A stretch of 63,891 bases of DNA, the filler included, from Reticulomyxa filosa (taxonomy: Eukaryota; Protista; Foraminifera): the NCBI GenBank assembly GCA_000512085.1. It is 23 parts of 23 records of this genome, joined end to end, with 100 filler letters (N's around TTAATTAATTAA, not from the genome) between each part and the next. Parts side by side here need not be neighbours in the genome. Positions count along the whole stretch, not along the records: positions 12,487 to 16,880 come from ASPP01041463.1; positions 16,981 to 18,844 come from ASPP01002179.1; positions 18,945 to 19,944 come from ASPP01044420.1; positions 20,045 to 21,739 come from ASPP01003230.1; positions 21,840 to 27,399 come from ASPP01016579.1; positions 27,500 to 28,599 come from ASPP01024924.1; 17 more parts are not named here. One strand, 5' to 3'. The notes under the pieces are model-generated. The model saw nothing but the letters and a program-made list of their open reading frames with translations, was not told the DNA's origin and searched no databases. A program made the position numbers and the translations under genes. Shown here in pieces: positions 15,370 through 27,541 of the stretch; the first letter of the stretch is position 1; each line of letters begins with the position of its first letter.

Positions 15370-15991
15370 TCAAGTCAAAAAAACAAGAGCGAAATGCGAG
15401 AAACAAAAACGATTAAAGTTGAACAGCCAGAAGAGAAGAACTCAGACGTCACGCCAAAAAAACTCGTGAAACTTTACAAAAAACTGCGTTGTAAGACACG
15501 AACAAGAACAACAAACCTCTAACTTTGCGGGAATTCATGAAGGAGCCCTCATCTTTCGTAATAATTTCTCTTTGCGTTTCATCATTGCAAGAAGTGTGGC
15601 TCTACTGTATGTGAAGTGTAATACGAAAATACCCTGCCCAGGTAAATATCAACAGAAAAAATCAATATAATGAAAATTTTTTGAAAATCCACAAATTGTG
15701 AGGTTTTAAATATTTTTTATAATGCTTTTTTTAATTTTAATCATTTATAATTAATTTTTATATATTTTTTATGACCTTAAAAAGATAAGGAAAGTTTCAA
15801 AAAGTTATAATCAGCATTTTGCATGTCGATTAAAAAATATTTTTTACAACAAAGAATTATCCTAAAAAACATGTCGCAACAACAAAAAATGATAAAATGC
15901 AAATTAAAATCAAACAACAAAAAAAGAATAGCATTAATAAAGTCTGATATGCTAACTTTTTGAAAATAGCAATGAAGTGCGAGTCCAAAGT

Positions 15992-16880
15992 TTACATCCG
16001 ACTCCGAATAAATGGGCACTTTTGCATATCTTGCACTCTGTCTTGTTGTGATTGTGCGCCCTCGCTGCAAATGTCAAAAAACTGTATGCAAGCAGGACAT
16101 TTGGTGTCCTCCACTTTCATGACAAACTCTAAAGCCCCTTTTCGCTGGTGTTGAATTCGAAACACGCTAATATTGCAAGAACCTTCTTGATTTGCGCAAA
16201 GTAAAAATTGGTTCGATGGATCAATATTGAAATGTCTTATCGTCAAAACACATCAAACCACAATATTTTTTTAAAAGAGACTTATAAAAAAAAAAAAAGA
16301 ATAAAAAGAACCATCCAAATTAAAAAAAAAAAAAAGATTACCGAGGGATGTGTCCTCCAGAGGAAAACCACTGAACATTATCGACTCCCAGCAAAGCAGT
16401 CTTTGGATCGATTTGATAACAGACAATGGAATCATGTCCTTGTAATGATTGTTCACATAAACAAGCAAAGCAAAGCAAAAAAAATAAAAATAAGAATAAA
16501 ATATGTATATAGTATACGTGCAAAAAGCTGTTTGACAAACCTCGATTGGCAACATAGCAAAATTTGGCACTCCAGTCTGTCATGACATGGGAGACGGAGT
16601 TATTGGGCACGCGAAGATGTTTAGGCAGCGTGCTGACAGTTTGCAAGATGGGGTCCTTAATGGGGAAGCGGCCCGTCTCAGGGTCTACAGCAACAACGCA
16701 TACGGTATCATTCAACTCACAACTCACGTACATGCGGTCATGACGAAGAGGGTGGAGCCAAACATGTCGTGGTCCACTGCCAGAAGTGAACTTGCAGACA
16801 CTGTCGACTTGGCAGTCGTGCGAGTATTGCGTCACCGGGATAGAAGTAGATGTCGACGTACAAGTGGACGAGGATGAAGA
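15992..16880 (-). CDS. 6-phosphogluconolactonase / lactonase 7-bladed beta-propeller (Pgl/YbhE family), 5'-partial, spliced
   Basis: GSGPRHVWLHP, YVSCELNDTV, LQTVSTLP, YVANRG(intron)HDSI, SGGHIPR(intron)HFNIDPSNQFLLCANQ. Confidence 0.88.
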
Positions 16881-16980
16881 NNNNNNNNNNNNNNNNNNNN
16901 NNNNNNNNNNNNNNNNNNNNNNNNTTAATTAATTAANNNNNNNNNNNNNNNNNNNNNNNNNNNNNNNNNNNNNNNNNNNN

Positions 16981-17420
16981 TCATGACAATTAAATGTCGT
17001 GCGAATCTTGTCAATTGATAAAAAGTTTCCATCACTTGTCACAACATATTTCCTTTCTTTCCATGTCCACAAATTATTATTATCAATACATCATATTTGT
17101 TAGTATTTTTATGAAGTCTATGAGTTGCAACTAATTCAACTAAAAATGATTGCACGTCTGTTTTTGTCATTTGTGGAGATTTATTGCATTCATCATAATT
17201 CAATTCTTTTTTAAACAATTGTTTAAAGTTTTTTACATCTTCTCTTTCACATTTGAAAGATCAGGCCATTTTGTGTTATCACTATATTCACTAATTGCAA
17301 TCATCATTACCAATGCATTTTTAATTGCTTTCGTTTTTCCACCTATTATTGGTTGAAATGGAGTCCAAATTATTTTAAATGAAGGTTGATTCTTTTTAAA
17401 TTCAAATCTCTTTAAAATAA
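16981..17420 (-). pseudogene. Caspase-like (peptidase C14 fold) gene fragment with frameshifts
   Basis: NALVMMIAISEY..W.DL.NV, then a shifted frame DVKNFKQLF..ELNY..YDVLIIIICGHG (catalytic His motif), then TSDGKLLSIDKIRTTFNC. Confidence 0.75.
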
Positions 17421-17428
17421 CTTTGGTC

Positions 17429-17527
17429 CTAATAATAATTGGAAAAACAAAAACAGTAAAAAATGCACTGGTGATAATGATTGCAATCAGTGAATACATA
17501 GATAATAAAACATGGGGGAATCTTCCA
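17429..17527 (+). pseudogene. Second, inverted fragment of a caspase-like paralogue
   Basis: LIIIGKTKTVKNALVIMIAISEYIDNKTWGNLP; 77 of 99 nt identical (my count) to the reverse complement of 17254-17352. Confidence 0.8.
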
Positions 17528-18144
17528 CTATCTTTCTTCAAAACGAAGAACGGTTTACAAAACAAAATAACCTTCAGGAGTATCAGTATATCACATTTGG
17601 AAATAGTAATACAATAGAATCTCATGGAGAAAAGAAATAACCATACTTTTTTTACAATATTCAAATGTCTTTCAATTCCAAAACCGTTAAAAACAACAGA
17701 AACAAGAATTATAATGTTTAAACTTAATGTTCTTTTTCACAAAACTCGAGACAAAAAAATTTTTTTCGGTCTTTTAAGTCCACATTGACATTGTTTTCTT
17801 TGGTTGATCGAAATTGTTTGTAATTCAAACTTTTCATTTTTTCCTCTTTTTGAAAAAGCAGAATTGCATAAGCTGTCGTTATTAAAAAAGTTTTGTCCGA
17901 ATAATATCTATTTCCATATTACTGAACACGAAAAACTCTAAAATGTTCTTTCGTTTTATTTCGTTGTAAAGGGTTTGTTAATTAATATTATGCATAAGTT
18001 ACATAAAAAAAGGTTAATTCGCGAATTTTTGTACGAGAAAATAATTGTATATAAAACTAAATAAACAATTATATAAACAAAAACAACAATTAATTAGTAT
18101 CTGACAACCTCCACAATATTCAAAAAGCAGAAACTTAATATTAA

Positions 18145-18261
18145 AAAAAATAAAAAATTGAAAAAAAAATAAAAAACCAAAAAGAAAGATTTTATTGGCG
18201 CCGCTTGGATTAAAATTTTTCTTTTTCGCTTTTTCATTTTTTTTTCAATTTTTTATTTTTT
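18145..18261. repeat. AT-rich imperfect palindrome with 26-bp perfect outer arms
   Basis: aaaaaataaaaaattgaaaaaaaaat (18145-18170) is the reverse complement of 18236-18261. Inner arms are imperfect around a GC-rich core (ggcgccgc). Confidence 0.6.
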
Positions 18262-18944
18262 CCACTGTGCTAAAAAAAAATTTGGAACACATCTTTTGTC
18301 TTTTCACGTGATAACGATAATGTTTATCATCTGTCAAAATATACCAAAAATGACCACTAATTTCAAAGATGAAAAATAAAAAATAAAAGTGAAGTGTCCA
18401 AACCTTGTCAGGACGTTAGAAAAAATTATTTTACATCGATTGGTGAAATTCCAGGTGAAATAACTTTGATTTTTGACAAAGTGATACTACGATTTTATTT
18501 TTGTTTATATTTGCGCAACGCTGCATGGCAAATTTTTTTTTTCTAAATTTGGAATTGGATAAGCGTTGCTTGTAGCTGGAGGTTCTTTAATGGACAGTGC
18601 TTTTTTTATGTCGCAATTGATGCAATTGCAAATATTTTTTTTTTTATGTTTCACTTTTCGCCTTTGTTTTAATGAATACACTTTGCATTTTCTTTAGGTA
18701 AATAATTAATATTGCATTGCTAGCTTGACATTAAGACGTTTTTTCTTAAATTTTATGAATACTTAATTTTTACTTTTACATAGTTATATAAATTATGTTG
18801 AAAAATAATTTCAGTATTTTACAATTATACACTAGTAATATAACNNNNNNNNNNNNNNNNNNNNNNNNNNNNNNNNNNNNNNNNNNNNTTAATTAATTAA
18901 NNNNNNNNNNNNNNNNNNNNNNNNNNNNNNNNNNNNNNNNNNNN

Positions 18945-19078
18945 TAAGAATAACAAGCTCTTTGTTCGTAGCCTCCACAAATAAGAAGTTCGTGTTTATA
19001 TAGCACACATTGACATTGAGAAAGTGGAGTGGGTAAAGCCTTTAAGCTTTGAAAGGAAGTTGTGTTTCGATTACCCAT
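18945..19078 (-). CDS. Kelch-repeat protein N-terminus (runs off the contig)
   Basis: MGNRNTTSFQSLKALPTPLSQCQCVLYKHELLICGGYEQRACYS: Kelch blade with hhhhGG. Confidence 0.7.
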
Positions 19079-19347
19079 ATTGTTAATGTTGCTGAATTTT
19101 TTTAAGTAGTTTAAAACTTTTTTAAAACTCAAATCGACGTCTTTTTTTGTGTGATCTGCTTGTAGAGAAGTAACATATATCTTCACTACCAATTCTTATT
19201 TTTAATCAAAATAAAAAAATAATCTGCTTGATTTTAAGAAAGAAAAGACATAATTATTTTGTCTAATTAATTATTCACTCAAAAAAATGATGAAAAAACA
19301 TGTGCACACTTGATATATTTCTTTTTTTGGGTTTGTTTAACTTTGTT

Positions 19348-19944
19348 TTAATTATTATCATCATTCCAAAATTTTTGAATTGGAAATTCCCATTTTATGC
19401 TTTGTTCATTATAATAATTTTTCAATTTATTAAAAGCTTTAGAATTAATGATATTGACAATATTTTTATCATTTTCATTATGATTATATTGAATGCGAGG
19501 ATTAAATAACAATAAACCAAATGCCAATAATTCTGTTTCAATATTTTTCTTTCCCATTTTGATTTTTATATCCTCTTTTAGTGAATTAATTATAATACGT
19601 CCCCATATATCACCTGACGTGTTTGATAGTATTAAATTTACTCTATTACGTTGTCTCACAGATACATTATTAAATATTTTTAAAAGATTATCTAGTAATA
19701 AACACAATTGTTTATCATCCAATTTCATTGCACTAGTTTTGTGCATTTTGATACATAAATTACTAATACTTTCATCAATATAATAAAATTCATCTAACAA
19801 AAATTTATATATATGATCTAATAATTGTTTTTCCACTTTTTCTGATATATTTCGATATTGATTATCCAAATTTGATATTGTCCCAGAATTTTTGATTTCA
19901 TTAAATAAATTATTTGATAATATTATTTCAAGTCCTTTCAAAGA
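19348..19944 (-). CDS. HEAT/ARM-like helical repeat protein, C-terminal fragment (possibly a pseudogene)
   Basis: 197-aa open frame in very AT-rich DNA with repeated amphipathic units (KVEKQLLDHIYKFLL; MKLDDKQLCLLLDNLL). Confidence 0.45.
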   Translation of the reverse strand, partial: SLKGLEIILSNNLFNEIKNSGTISNLDNQYRNISEKVEKQLLDHIYKFLLDEFYYIDESISNLCIKMHKTSAMKLDDKQLCLLLDNLLKIFNNVSVRQRNRVNLILSNTSGDIWGRIIINSLKEDIKIKMGKKNIETELLAFGLLLFNPRIQYNHNENDKNIVNIINSKAFNKLKNYYNEQSIKWEFPIQKFWNDDNN

Positions 19945-20746
19945 NNNNNNNNNNNNNNNNNNNNNNNNNNNNNNNNNNNNNNNNNNNNTTAATTAATTAA
20001 NNNNNNNNNNNNNNNNNNNNNNNNNNNNNNNNNNNNNNNNNNNNGGGGGGAGGGGGAACGAATCGTAACTTATCGTTGTCGACTCTTGTTGTTCGTGTTG
20101 ACATATTTTGTTTATTGGTTTGTTTGTTAATTTTGTGTTCCTTTATTACTCTTTTTGGTAAGCAAAGGAAATTTACGGTGGTTGTTTTATGTTTCCAAAA
20201 TTTTTATTTTTATTTTTTTTTTGGTTGTGTTGTGTTTGTTTGGTTTTTTTTCTTGGTTTGGTCAGAAATACAATCTCTTCCTACGCTATTTTGATCTCTT
20301 TCCGCTTCCAAATATACACATATATGTATATTAGTTCCAAATAATTAAAAACAAAAAAAAAAAAATTGCTCTCATTTGCTTTTCTATCCTACCCGGCCCC
20401 TAGCACCAGAAAAAGACGGTCGACTCAATAAGACTACATACATACTTAATGTGAACTGCCTTTTGAGGTAGTATAAAACGTCATTATTCCCTTGTCCGCG
20501 GTTACATTGTATAAAATCTCATGCGTCAAACTTTTTGTTTTGTTTTCGGTTTTTTTTTTCAAGGGAAAATTGTTCAACTTTCTTTTTCAAAAGAAAACAA
20601 GTAATTTATTCAAAATATGTTTCACAACTTGCCATCATGCCTTGACCGTCTTAGTATGTTAATGATCGCACTGCAAATGTTGTTGAACCAGCTATTTCTC
20701 AAATATAACGTCTTCCGCTCACAGTACATTCAGTCCCCCCCAAAAC

Positions 20747-21517
20747 TTGCAACAAAAGCAGTCACAGAAGATACATCGGAGAGTGTGTTGTATTGGGAGT
20801 GGTTGGGGATGGCCCACGATTGCTTTTGTGACAGGCACCGCAACATATCACTTGAGTGTAAAGAGTGACGCGACACCAGAAAAGAGATTTGAAATAGAGC
20901 CCGAAGCTCGTCAAATGGCATATTATCAACTACGATTCCAGCAAAGACGGCAACTGGGCTGTTCTTACAAGGAATTGCAAAGAAATGTAGAAACGCAGAA
21001 AATTGAAGGCGTGTTACAATTGTATAACATGCAACACAAGCGCTATCAATCAAAAATGAACGCACACGGAGGATGTTTTGAGGAAGTCAACTTGAGTGAA
21101 CGAGAGTCGCTATTCACATTGTTCTGTTTCACTAGACTTGATGGAGTTGAGTTTTTTTGTTTGAGAGGCGGGGAGAAATAAAAAAAAAAGGGGGAGGTAA
21201 TGAAGAAGGCTTTGGGTCAGGGGTGTAAAAATCAACATTTAAACGGAAGTGATCTAAGTAGTATACGTTATTTTTTTTTTTTTTACGATAGACCGCAATT
21301 AAGGCCCGATCCTACACGTGTTGCTGGCTACGTTGAACGTTCGGACAATTACGATGGACCTGATTTTCGCATTTCCAAATAGTACAGATTGTACAAAGAA
21401 GGATTTTTGATTTATAAAAAAAATTAAAGAAAGGATTGGAAGCTGCCCAAGTGCTTTTGGAGAACTTGAAAGATTTGCTCAATAATGGGACAAACCAAAA
21501 GTTGGGAGTTTATTAGG
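20747..21517 (+). CDS. Hypothetical spliced protein (exons ~20747-21085, ~21292-21380, ~21433-21516)
   Basis: Higher-GC open frames separated by intron-like A/T tracts; no secure family. Confidence 0.35.
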
Positions 21518-21865
21518 TAAACCACAATTGCATGCTGCTGATAGTTGTTTTAACGTGCTCCAGAGAAGCCCCCCTTTCATTTGTCTACATATCCAAAGAA
21601 ACTGTCCCTCCCCCCCCTCCCCTTTTTCTACGCATGCAGCACATATGGTATTATATGCAAATGATATACGTACTTTTCAGTGTGTACATGTGTGTGTGTG
21701 TGTGTTGTTTTTTTTTTTTTTCCCATTAGTCTGTGTGACNNNNNNNNNNNNNNNNNNNNNNNNNNNNNNNNNNNNNNNNNNNNTTAATTAATTAANNNNN
21801 NNNNNNNNNNNNNNNNNNNNNNNNNNNNNNNNNNNNNNNACAAACAAACAAACAAAAAAAAAAAG

Positions 21866-22608
21866 GTATTTATTCACGAATACTCGAGGATGTATTATCC
21901 TGACTATTATTACAAAGATATAATTCAAGAAATCATACTCCATTGTGCGCCATTCAAAGCGTATCATACATTCACTTTGCCAGATAAGAATGAACTCCTC
22001 ATTTCATCTTACACTCACATTTCCAATCAGGCAAATCCATCTAAATCCTCGTCGACATTAAACCAATTGGAATCGAAAGAACAAGAAAATCAAACAGGAG
22101 AGATGAGTGGTGTTACTAGTCCTGCCGCGGCTGGTGGCAACAAAGAGGAAATTTCCCTAAGTCATGAACGATTTGAACCTTGTGAAATACTGTTCCAACC
22201 CTGGCGTTACTACGAGGCCCAATCCTTATTTGAATCAGGGTTTAGTTCATATTTACAGAAAAATCTCATCGGATTAGACGGCTTGATTATACAGACCTAT
22301 CAAAAATGCGATGGTATTGCCAATAAACATGATATTGTGCTATCTGGTGGAAATATATTATTGCCGGGCATTGTCGAACGTCTAAAATTTGAGTTGAAAA
22401 ATAAACACAAACATGGGCATACCAATTTTCGAGGCGGTGTACCAAATATTGTTCGTACTCCTGAACCACATTATTTGCCATATGTGGGGCCAACTTGCTG
22501 ACAGGGCTAGACTTGTTTAATTTGTCATCTAGCCATGAGTGGATCGACATTAGTGATTATTTTGAAGACGGTCCCAATAAATGTGCTAATAAAAGGACCT
22601 TTCAATGA
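21866..22608 (+). CDS. Divergent actin-related protein, 3' exon (one-base frameshift in the G-run at 22486-22489)
   Basis: FTLPD, ERFEPCEILFQP, IVLSGGNILLPGIVERLKFEL. After a -1 shift it reads YVGANLLTGL..EWIDISDYFEDGP..KRTFQ*, matching actin WIGGSILASL..WISKQEYDESGP. Confidence 0.85.
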
Positions 22609-25196
22609 ACATCCTTTTTTTCTTTGTCGGGCATTGTTGTATTTGTCAATGAATTCAGTTTGTTTCTTTCCTTTCTCTATTTCTTTTACATTCACTCGCA
22701 ACCCATTTTTTACTTTAACTTTTTTCGCAATTTCAGAAAATTTTTTATTCCTCTGTTGAAACAAATTCTTTGGTTGTACGAAAGATTAACATATTCTGAG
22801 ATTCTTAATTTGGAAAGTTTTTTGGAAATTTTTCAAAAATGTAAGTTCATGGCAAGCAGAATGAAAATTGTTTGAATTTAAACCAAAGGAAATTATAATC
22901 ACCACATTCGATAATGAAAAAAATTTCACAAACAATTTTTTTCATTCCAATTATTGAGTAAAGCATAATCTTGCATTACAATCTTTTTGTTATTATGTGT
23001 ATATATTGAGATAGATAATATTGAACACTTATCAAGATTGCGCTGTTTCACTAGCATAAGATACATGTACACGCATGTCATGTCGACATCGAAATGGATA
23101 TTTGTGCAGTACATAAGCATGATAGTAAAACTAAGAAAAAAGTCCATTAATGCAGGGAAATTAAGAAAAAGGTCATGTGATTCATGAAAACATAAGAAAG
23201 AGCTAATTAATGAAGAAATACAAATGAAATTGTACAATGAATCAATGAAAAGGAAGCAAAATGCATAGAAACATGAAAAAATCGCAATGTACAGACTTAA
23301 AGACATTTGGCAACATACTGTGCATATTGTAGTATTTTTTTAATTATAAAATCTCATGTTTTATGAATGCAAAAGTGTACTAATGTTTGCCCACATCATG
23401 ATAAAAATATGCAGTTATTTTATAACTTATACACATTGTTGCGAACAGAATGTGATCAGCATTGCGCTTTTGCGCTTATCTTTATTTAAATTTTAAGTTT
23501 TTTTATCTTGTTTGCAATATTGCTGTGTGTAGCTATTTAAAAAGTGTAAGCTGTTTATTTTACTTTGTTTTTTTCAAGCAATATGCCATTTTATGATAAT
23601 GCGTGCTCACTTGTTTGCAAGTTTTATAGCTGATTAGTGAATTTTTTCTATAAAAAAATATTTGTAATATTGTTTTATCACAAAAGTAAAACACAAATGT
23701 TATTATTAAGTACTTTGATCTCCAATGTTAATACAGTAGAATACAAAAGAAAGTTGACAACTTATATATATGATCAATTTTCTTCACGAAACAACATACA
23801 AAACTAATTTTTTTGGAAAAATATCTACTAATAGTGCGGTTTTTAAATATGATTTTGTTTATTAAATCTTTATTAATTGTAAAAATTTGAATTTTTGGAA
23901 AAAGTTAGCAATCGTGAATGTATCGTAACTATGAAATTTGCCAGCTTTTTTAAAAGTAGTTTCAAAAGATGTTCCACCGTAAATATTTTGTGCCAATTCT
24001 TTTTAAAAAGTAATAATATTTCAAAATTGAAATGAATTTATTGAAAAAATACATTAAAAATAAAAACTATTAATAGAGTTAACAAAAATAAATTACTGTA
24101 AAGCATTTTTATGTTATAATTTAAATGAAAGTTTTTTTAATTTTTTTTGTTTTGTTTTTTTCCATTGTGTCAATTTTTTGGCTTGTAATTTAAAAAATAC
24201 TTTTTTTTGCATAACTTATCTTTGCTCAAGCGATACTGTCATAATAAACGATATAAATGTTTCTTACAAATAAATCAAGCAATAATTTTCGAAAGATTTT
24301 TTTTCCAAAATAAACAGTATTTTGGTTATAACTATTTTAGAGTAAAAAAGAACATAAAAAATAACTTTAATAAAAGCTGCAAATACAAAAAGAAAAAACT
24401 AATAATACAAAATAAAATGCACAAACGCAGTTAAAAAATAATAATAAATGCAAAGATTTCAAATAAACACAAAATTTAAGCAATTCTTTATAAAACAAAA
24501 ATTATGTCAAAAAAATTATTTAAATTTTGAAACAATTAGTAAATATTTATAAAAAAATCAAATCATATTTAAAAAATATAGTAGAATGCAAGTAAAGTTG
24601 ACACATAAAACGGTACCTTATAGAGATTATTGATTTTTTTCATGAAAAAACAACATTAAGAACTAATTTTTTAAAAATGTCAAAAAGTGCAGTTTTATGT
24701 TTCAACATTCTTTTGCATTATAATGTAATATAAATACTCTCATAAATAAAATATAAAAATACAAAAACTTGTTTGATAATTAGTAAATGCTATATAGTAG
24801 TTACATAATTTGTAATTAATCTTGAAATAATTAATATCTAATTTCACTTTGATTTATATCAGACTAAACTTTTAATAGTTATCGTGACGCATATAATTTG
24901 TAAATTTATCTTTAAGTATATATTATGTGATTATAAGTTGTTATTATAATAATAAAAGCTTCGATATATACTTTAGTTCAAATAACTTTAATATTCTATC
25001 AATTGCATATTAAATTGTCATTTTCGATTCAAATAAATAATATATGTGAAATTTACATTTTGTTTTCACTCCATAAAGCCAAAAATCTCCAGAAAAAAAC
25101 TTTTGTTGATGAAAAAACAACAATGAACACGGAAATGGGTTATTAGAAATATTTGAAAATGATATTCCTCTTGCTTTTCCTTGTTTGTCATAAAAC

Positions 25197-27399
25197 GAAG
25201 AAAAGAAAAAGATTTATTACTAAACGAGTAATTAAAGAAGGAAGAAATACAATGGTTTTGCAGTATGTACAAGCTATGCGTACGCTCGCCATTTGCGAAA
25301 ATGATTGGATGGGAAAAAAAATGTGGTGCGAATATGGGAGCTCAAGTGTCACTAACAACAGATTGGACATATCCAAGCTGACAAAAAAAAAAGGCCAACA
25401 AAATGGTGACGATATCTCGCATTCCTCGCATTTTTCTAATGTCTGGAATTAAAGACACGATGGATGTTTCAAATTTTTTTGTGTTCTTTTTTTATGTGCA
25501 AACGAAAACTTTTTTTTACGTATATCCAAAAAAAAAAAATTTTTAATAGGATGAAATTATCGATTGCAGAATTTTTTTGGTACTGCTTAAAGATTGGATA
25601 AATTTTATGTTAGCCTTCGTATGGACAGTAAGGGCACTGTCTAAAAACATTTAGATTCAAAATCATCGAGAACAATAGTGGTGATCAATGTAAAATTGCT
25701 ACTTTCAAGGCAACAATCGCACAGTTAGAATTTCAATGAATATTCTTGGACTTTCAGTCATGCAATCATGTGTAGTCATTGCAATTTTTTACACAACACT
25801 TGCTTCAATACAAATAATTGTTTATCTTGCTGAATCTATTTCTCTTCGATTTATAACGATCCATCAAGGTAAGATTTTGAAATATGCTATTCTATTCCCT
25901 TTTGCTTTTGAATAATTTTCTTTATTTGATGGATTACTTGAACGGAAAGAAAGATGTCAAATTTAGTTCCACCAACTAGGACTTTCGAACACCGCAAAAT
26001 TGGAGATATTATTTCAAGAATTAAAGTCTGAATTTCGAGAAAGTTGTAAAACGAACAGTAACGTTTTGACATCAATTAAATCAATTGGTGTGTGAAAAAA
26101 AACTAAAAGCATGGCAATCAATTTGTTCAATTGCTTTAATAACAATGTTGAAAAATTTGCCAATGTAGTCTTTTTTTGTTATTGTATTTCTAATTGTACT
26201 TGTTTCAAAAATTATTTCATTTGGTTTTGTCAATTTTAATCCTTTAAAATTTATGCAGGACTTGAAATAGTAGGATATTTCAAAAAAGGCATTAACTAAA
26301 GAATTATACTAATTTAATAGTGCAAAAAGGAAGATTTGCTGTTTTGGACTCAATCATAGTGCTGTTAATAATTTGCAAATCGATTGAGCCTTAAATATTA
26401 AAAAAAAAGTGCCTGGCAATATAGATGATTCTGGTGGTAAAACTGCTTCTGCTTTAGCTTTTTGTTTGAAACAAAATAATTTGAAAGTGGCACTCACGTG
26501 TTTGGAAAAGTCATAGAGAATAGAAAATAAAGTGTTAGGAGAGTGGAATGAAGAAACACGGACACTCAAAGAAAAAATTAAAGAGCTTAGTGCGAGTGTT
26601 AAATGAAAAAAATTCGTTCTTTTTTTTACTGCAAAAACTTTCAAAAGTGAAAATATTACAGTCAAAGCACTCTTTGTAAAAAACAACTACGACAGAATTT
26701 TAACTTTGGTGTGTTAAGTTTGACAAAGGTTATTTGCTGCACTTTCCAAAAGTTCTCAACGCACATTTAGACTGCTAAAAAACACAAGTTGTTTCGTTTT
26801 TTATTTGTTGCTAAATTAACCAAGAAAATACAAAAATTTTATTTTTTTTAATAATAATAAGTTATTTTAATTACCTAGCTTTTTTTAAAAATCTCTTGGG
26901 AAATACTGATGGAAAAAATAGAAAAAAACAATCAATAAACACAATTCAAAGTAAAATATACCATTCAACAACTTTTTTTTGTAATTAAACAAACGAAAAT
27001 TTTTTGATAAGATGACAGCGAAAATCGAAGTTTTCGTTCACTTATTTTGTTTGATATAGTGATGGACCCCTTTGGGTAATGTTGAAAATGAAGTATCTCA
27101 CAAATTTTGAGACCTCGCCACAGAAAACAAAGGATAGCAAGGAGTTAATGGTTCATAATTTGGAATACGAAGAAATTTTTAGTAGTTATTGCGTTGACAC
27201 GTCTCTAGATGTTAAGAACTCCAGCAAATGGATGATAGCAATGAAGAAAAGAAAGAGGTTGCCCAAGATACGAGCAATTGAAAAAGAAAGAAGCGCAAAA
27301 GCTTTTGCAGTGCGTACAAGCTATGCACGCGCAGTCAAATAAAATTCAAGAATGTTTGGAGTAGAAAAAAAGTGTAATACGAAACATGGTCGCTCAAAT
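25197..27399 (+). repeat. Diverged ~150-bp direct repeat pair (25197-25347 and 27243-27399), probably a decayed coding relic
   Basis: ttttgcagtatgtacaagctatgcgtacgc versus ttttgcagtgcgtacaagctatgcacgcgc, with flanking similarity out to gctcaa. Confidence 0.65.
26257..26606 (+). pseudogene. Decayed TPR (TPR_12-like) fragment
   Basis: FGLNHSAV and ALTCLEKS*RIENKVLGEWNEET resemble ALxxxEKSLxIxxxxLGxxHxxT; in-frame stops present. Confidence 0.5.
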
Positions 27400-27499
27400 N
27401 NNNNNNNNNNNNNNNNNNNNNNNNNNNNNNNNNNNNNNNNNNNTTAATTAATTAANNNNNNNNNNNNNNNNNNNNNNNNNNNNNNNNNNNNNNNNNNNN

Positions 27500-27541
27500 G
27501 CCCTAAGCCCTAAGCCCTAAGCCCTAAGCCCTAAGCCCTAA
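27500..27541 (+). repeat. Telomere-like array (GCCCTAA)6, i.e. (TTAGGGC)n on the opposite strand
   Basis: Six exact 7-mers starting at the first base of a contig, with the C-rich strand at the 5' end as expected for a chromosome end. Confidence 0.8.

Noticed and set aside
20770-20850. VCCIGSGWGWPTIAFV as a UDP-glucose dehydrogenase N-terminus
   Set aside because: The resemblance to ICCIGAGYVGGPT is limited to ~16 aa, and the following sequence does not continue the Rossmann fold.
23300-24900. Diverged direct and inverted similarities (e.g. gtagaatacaaaagaaagttgaca at ~23738 versus gtagaatgcaagtaaagttgaca at ~24581) as a defined transposon
   Set aside because: Too AT-rich and degenerate to define ends, TIRs or coding capacity by eye.
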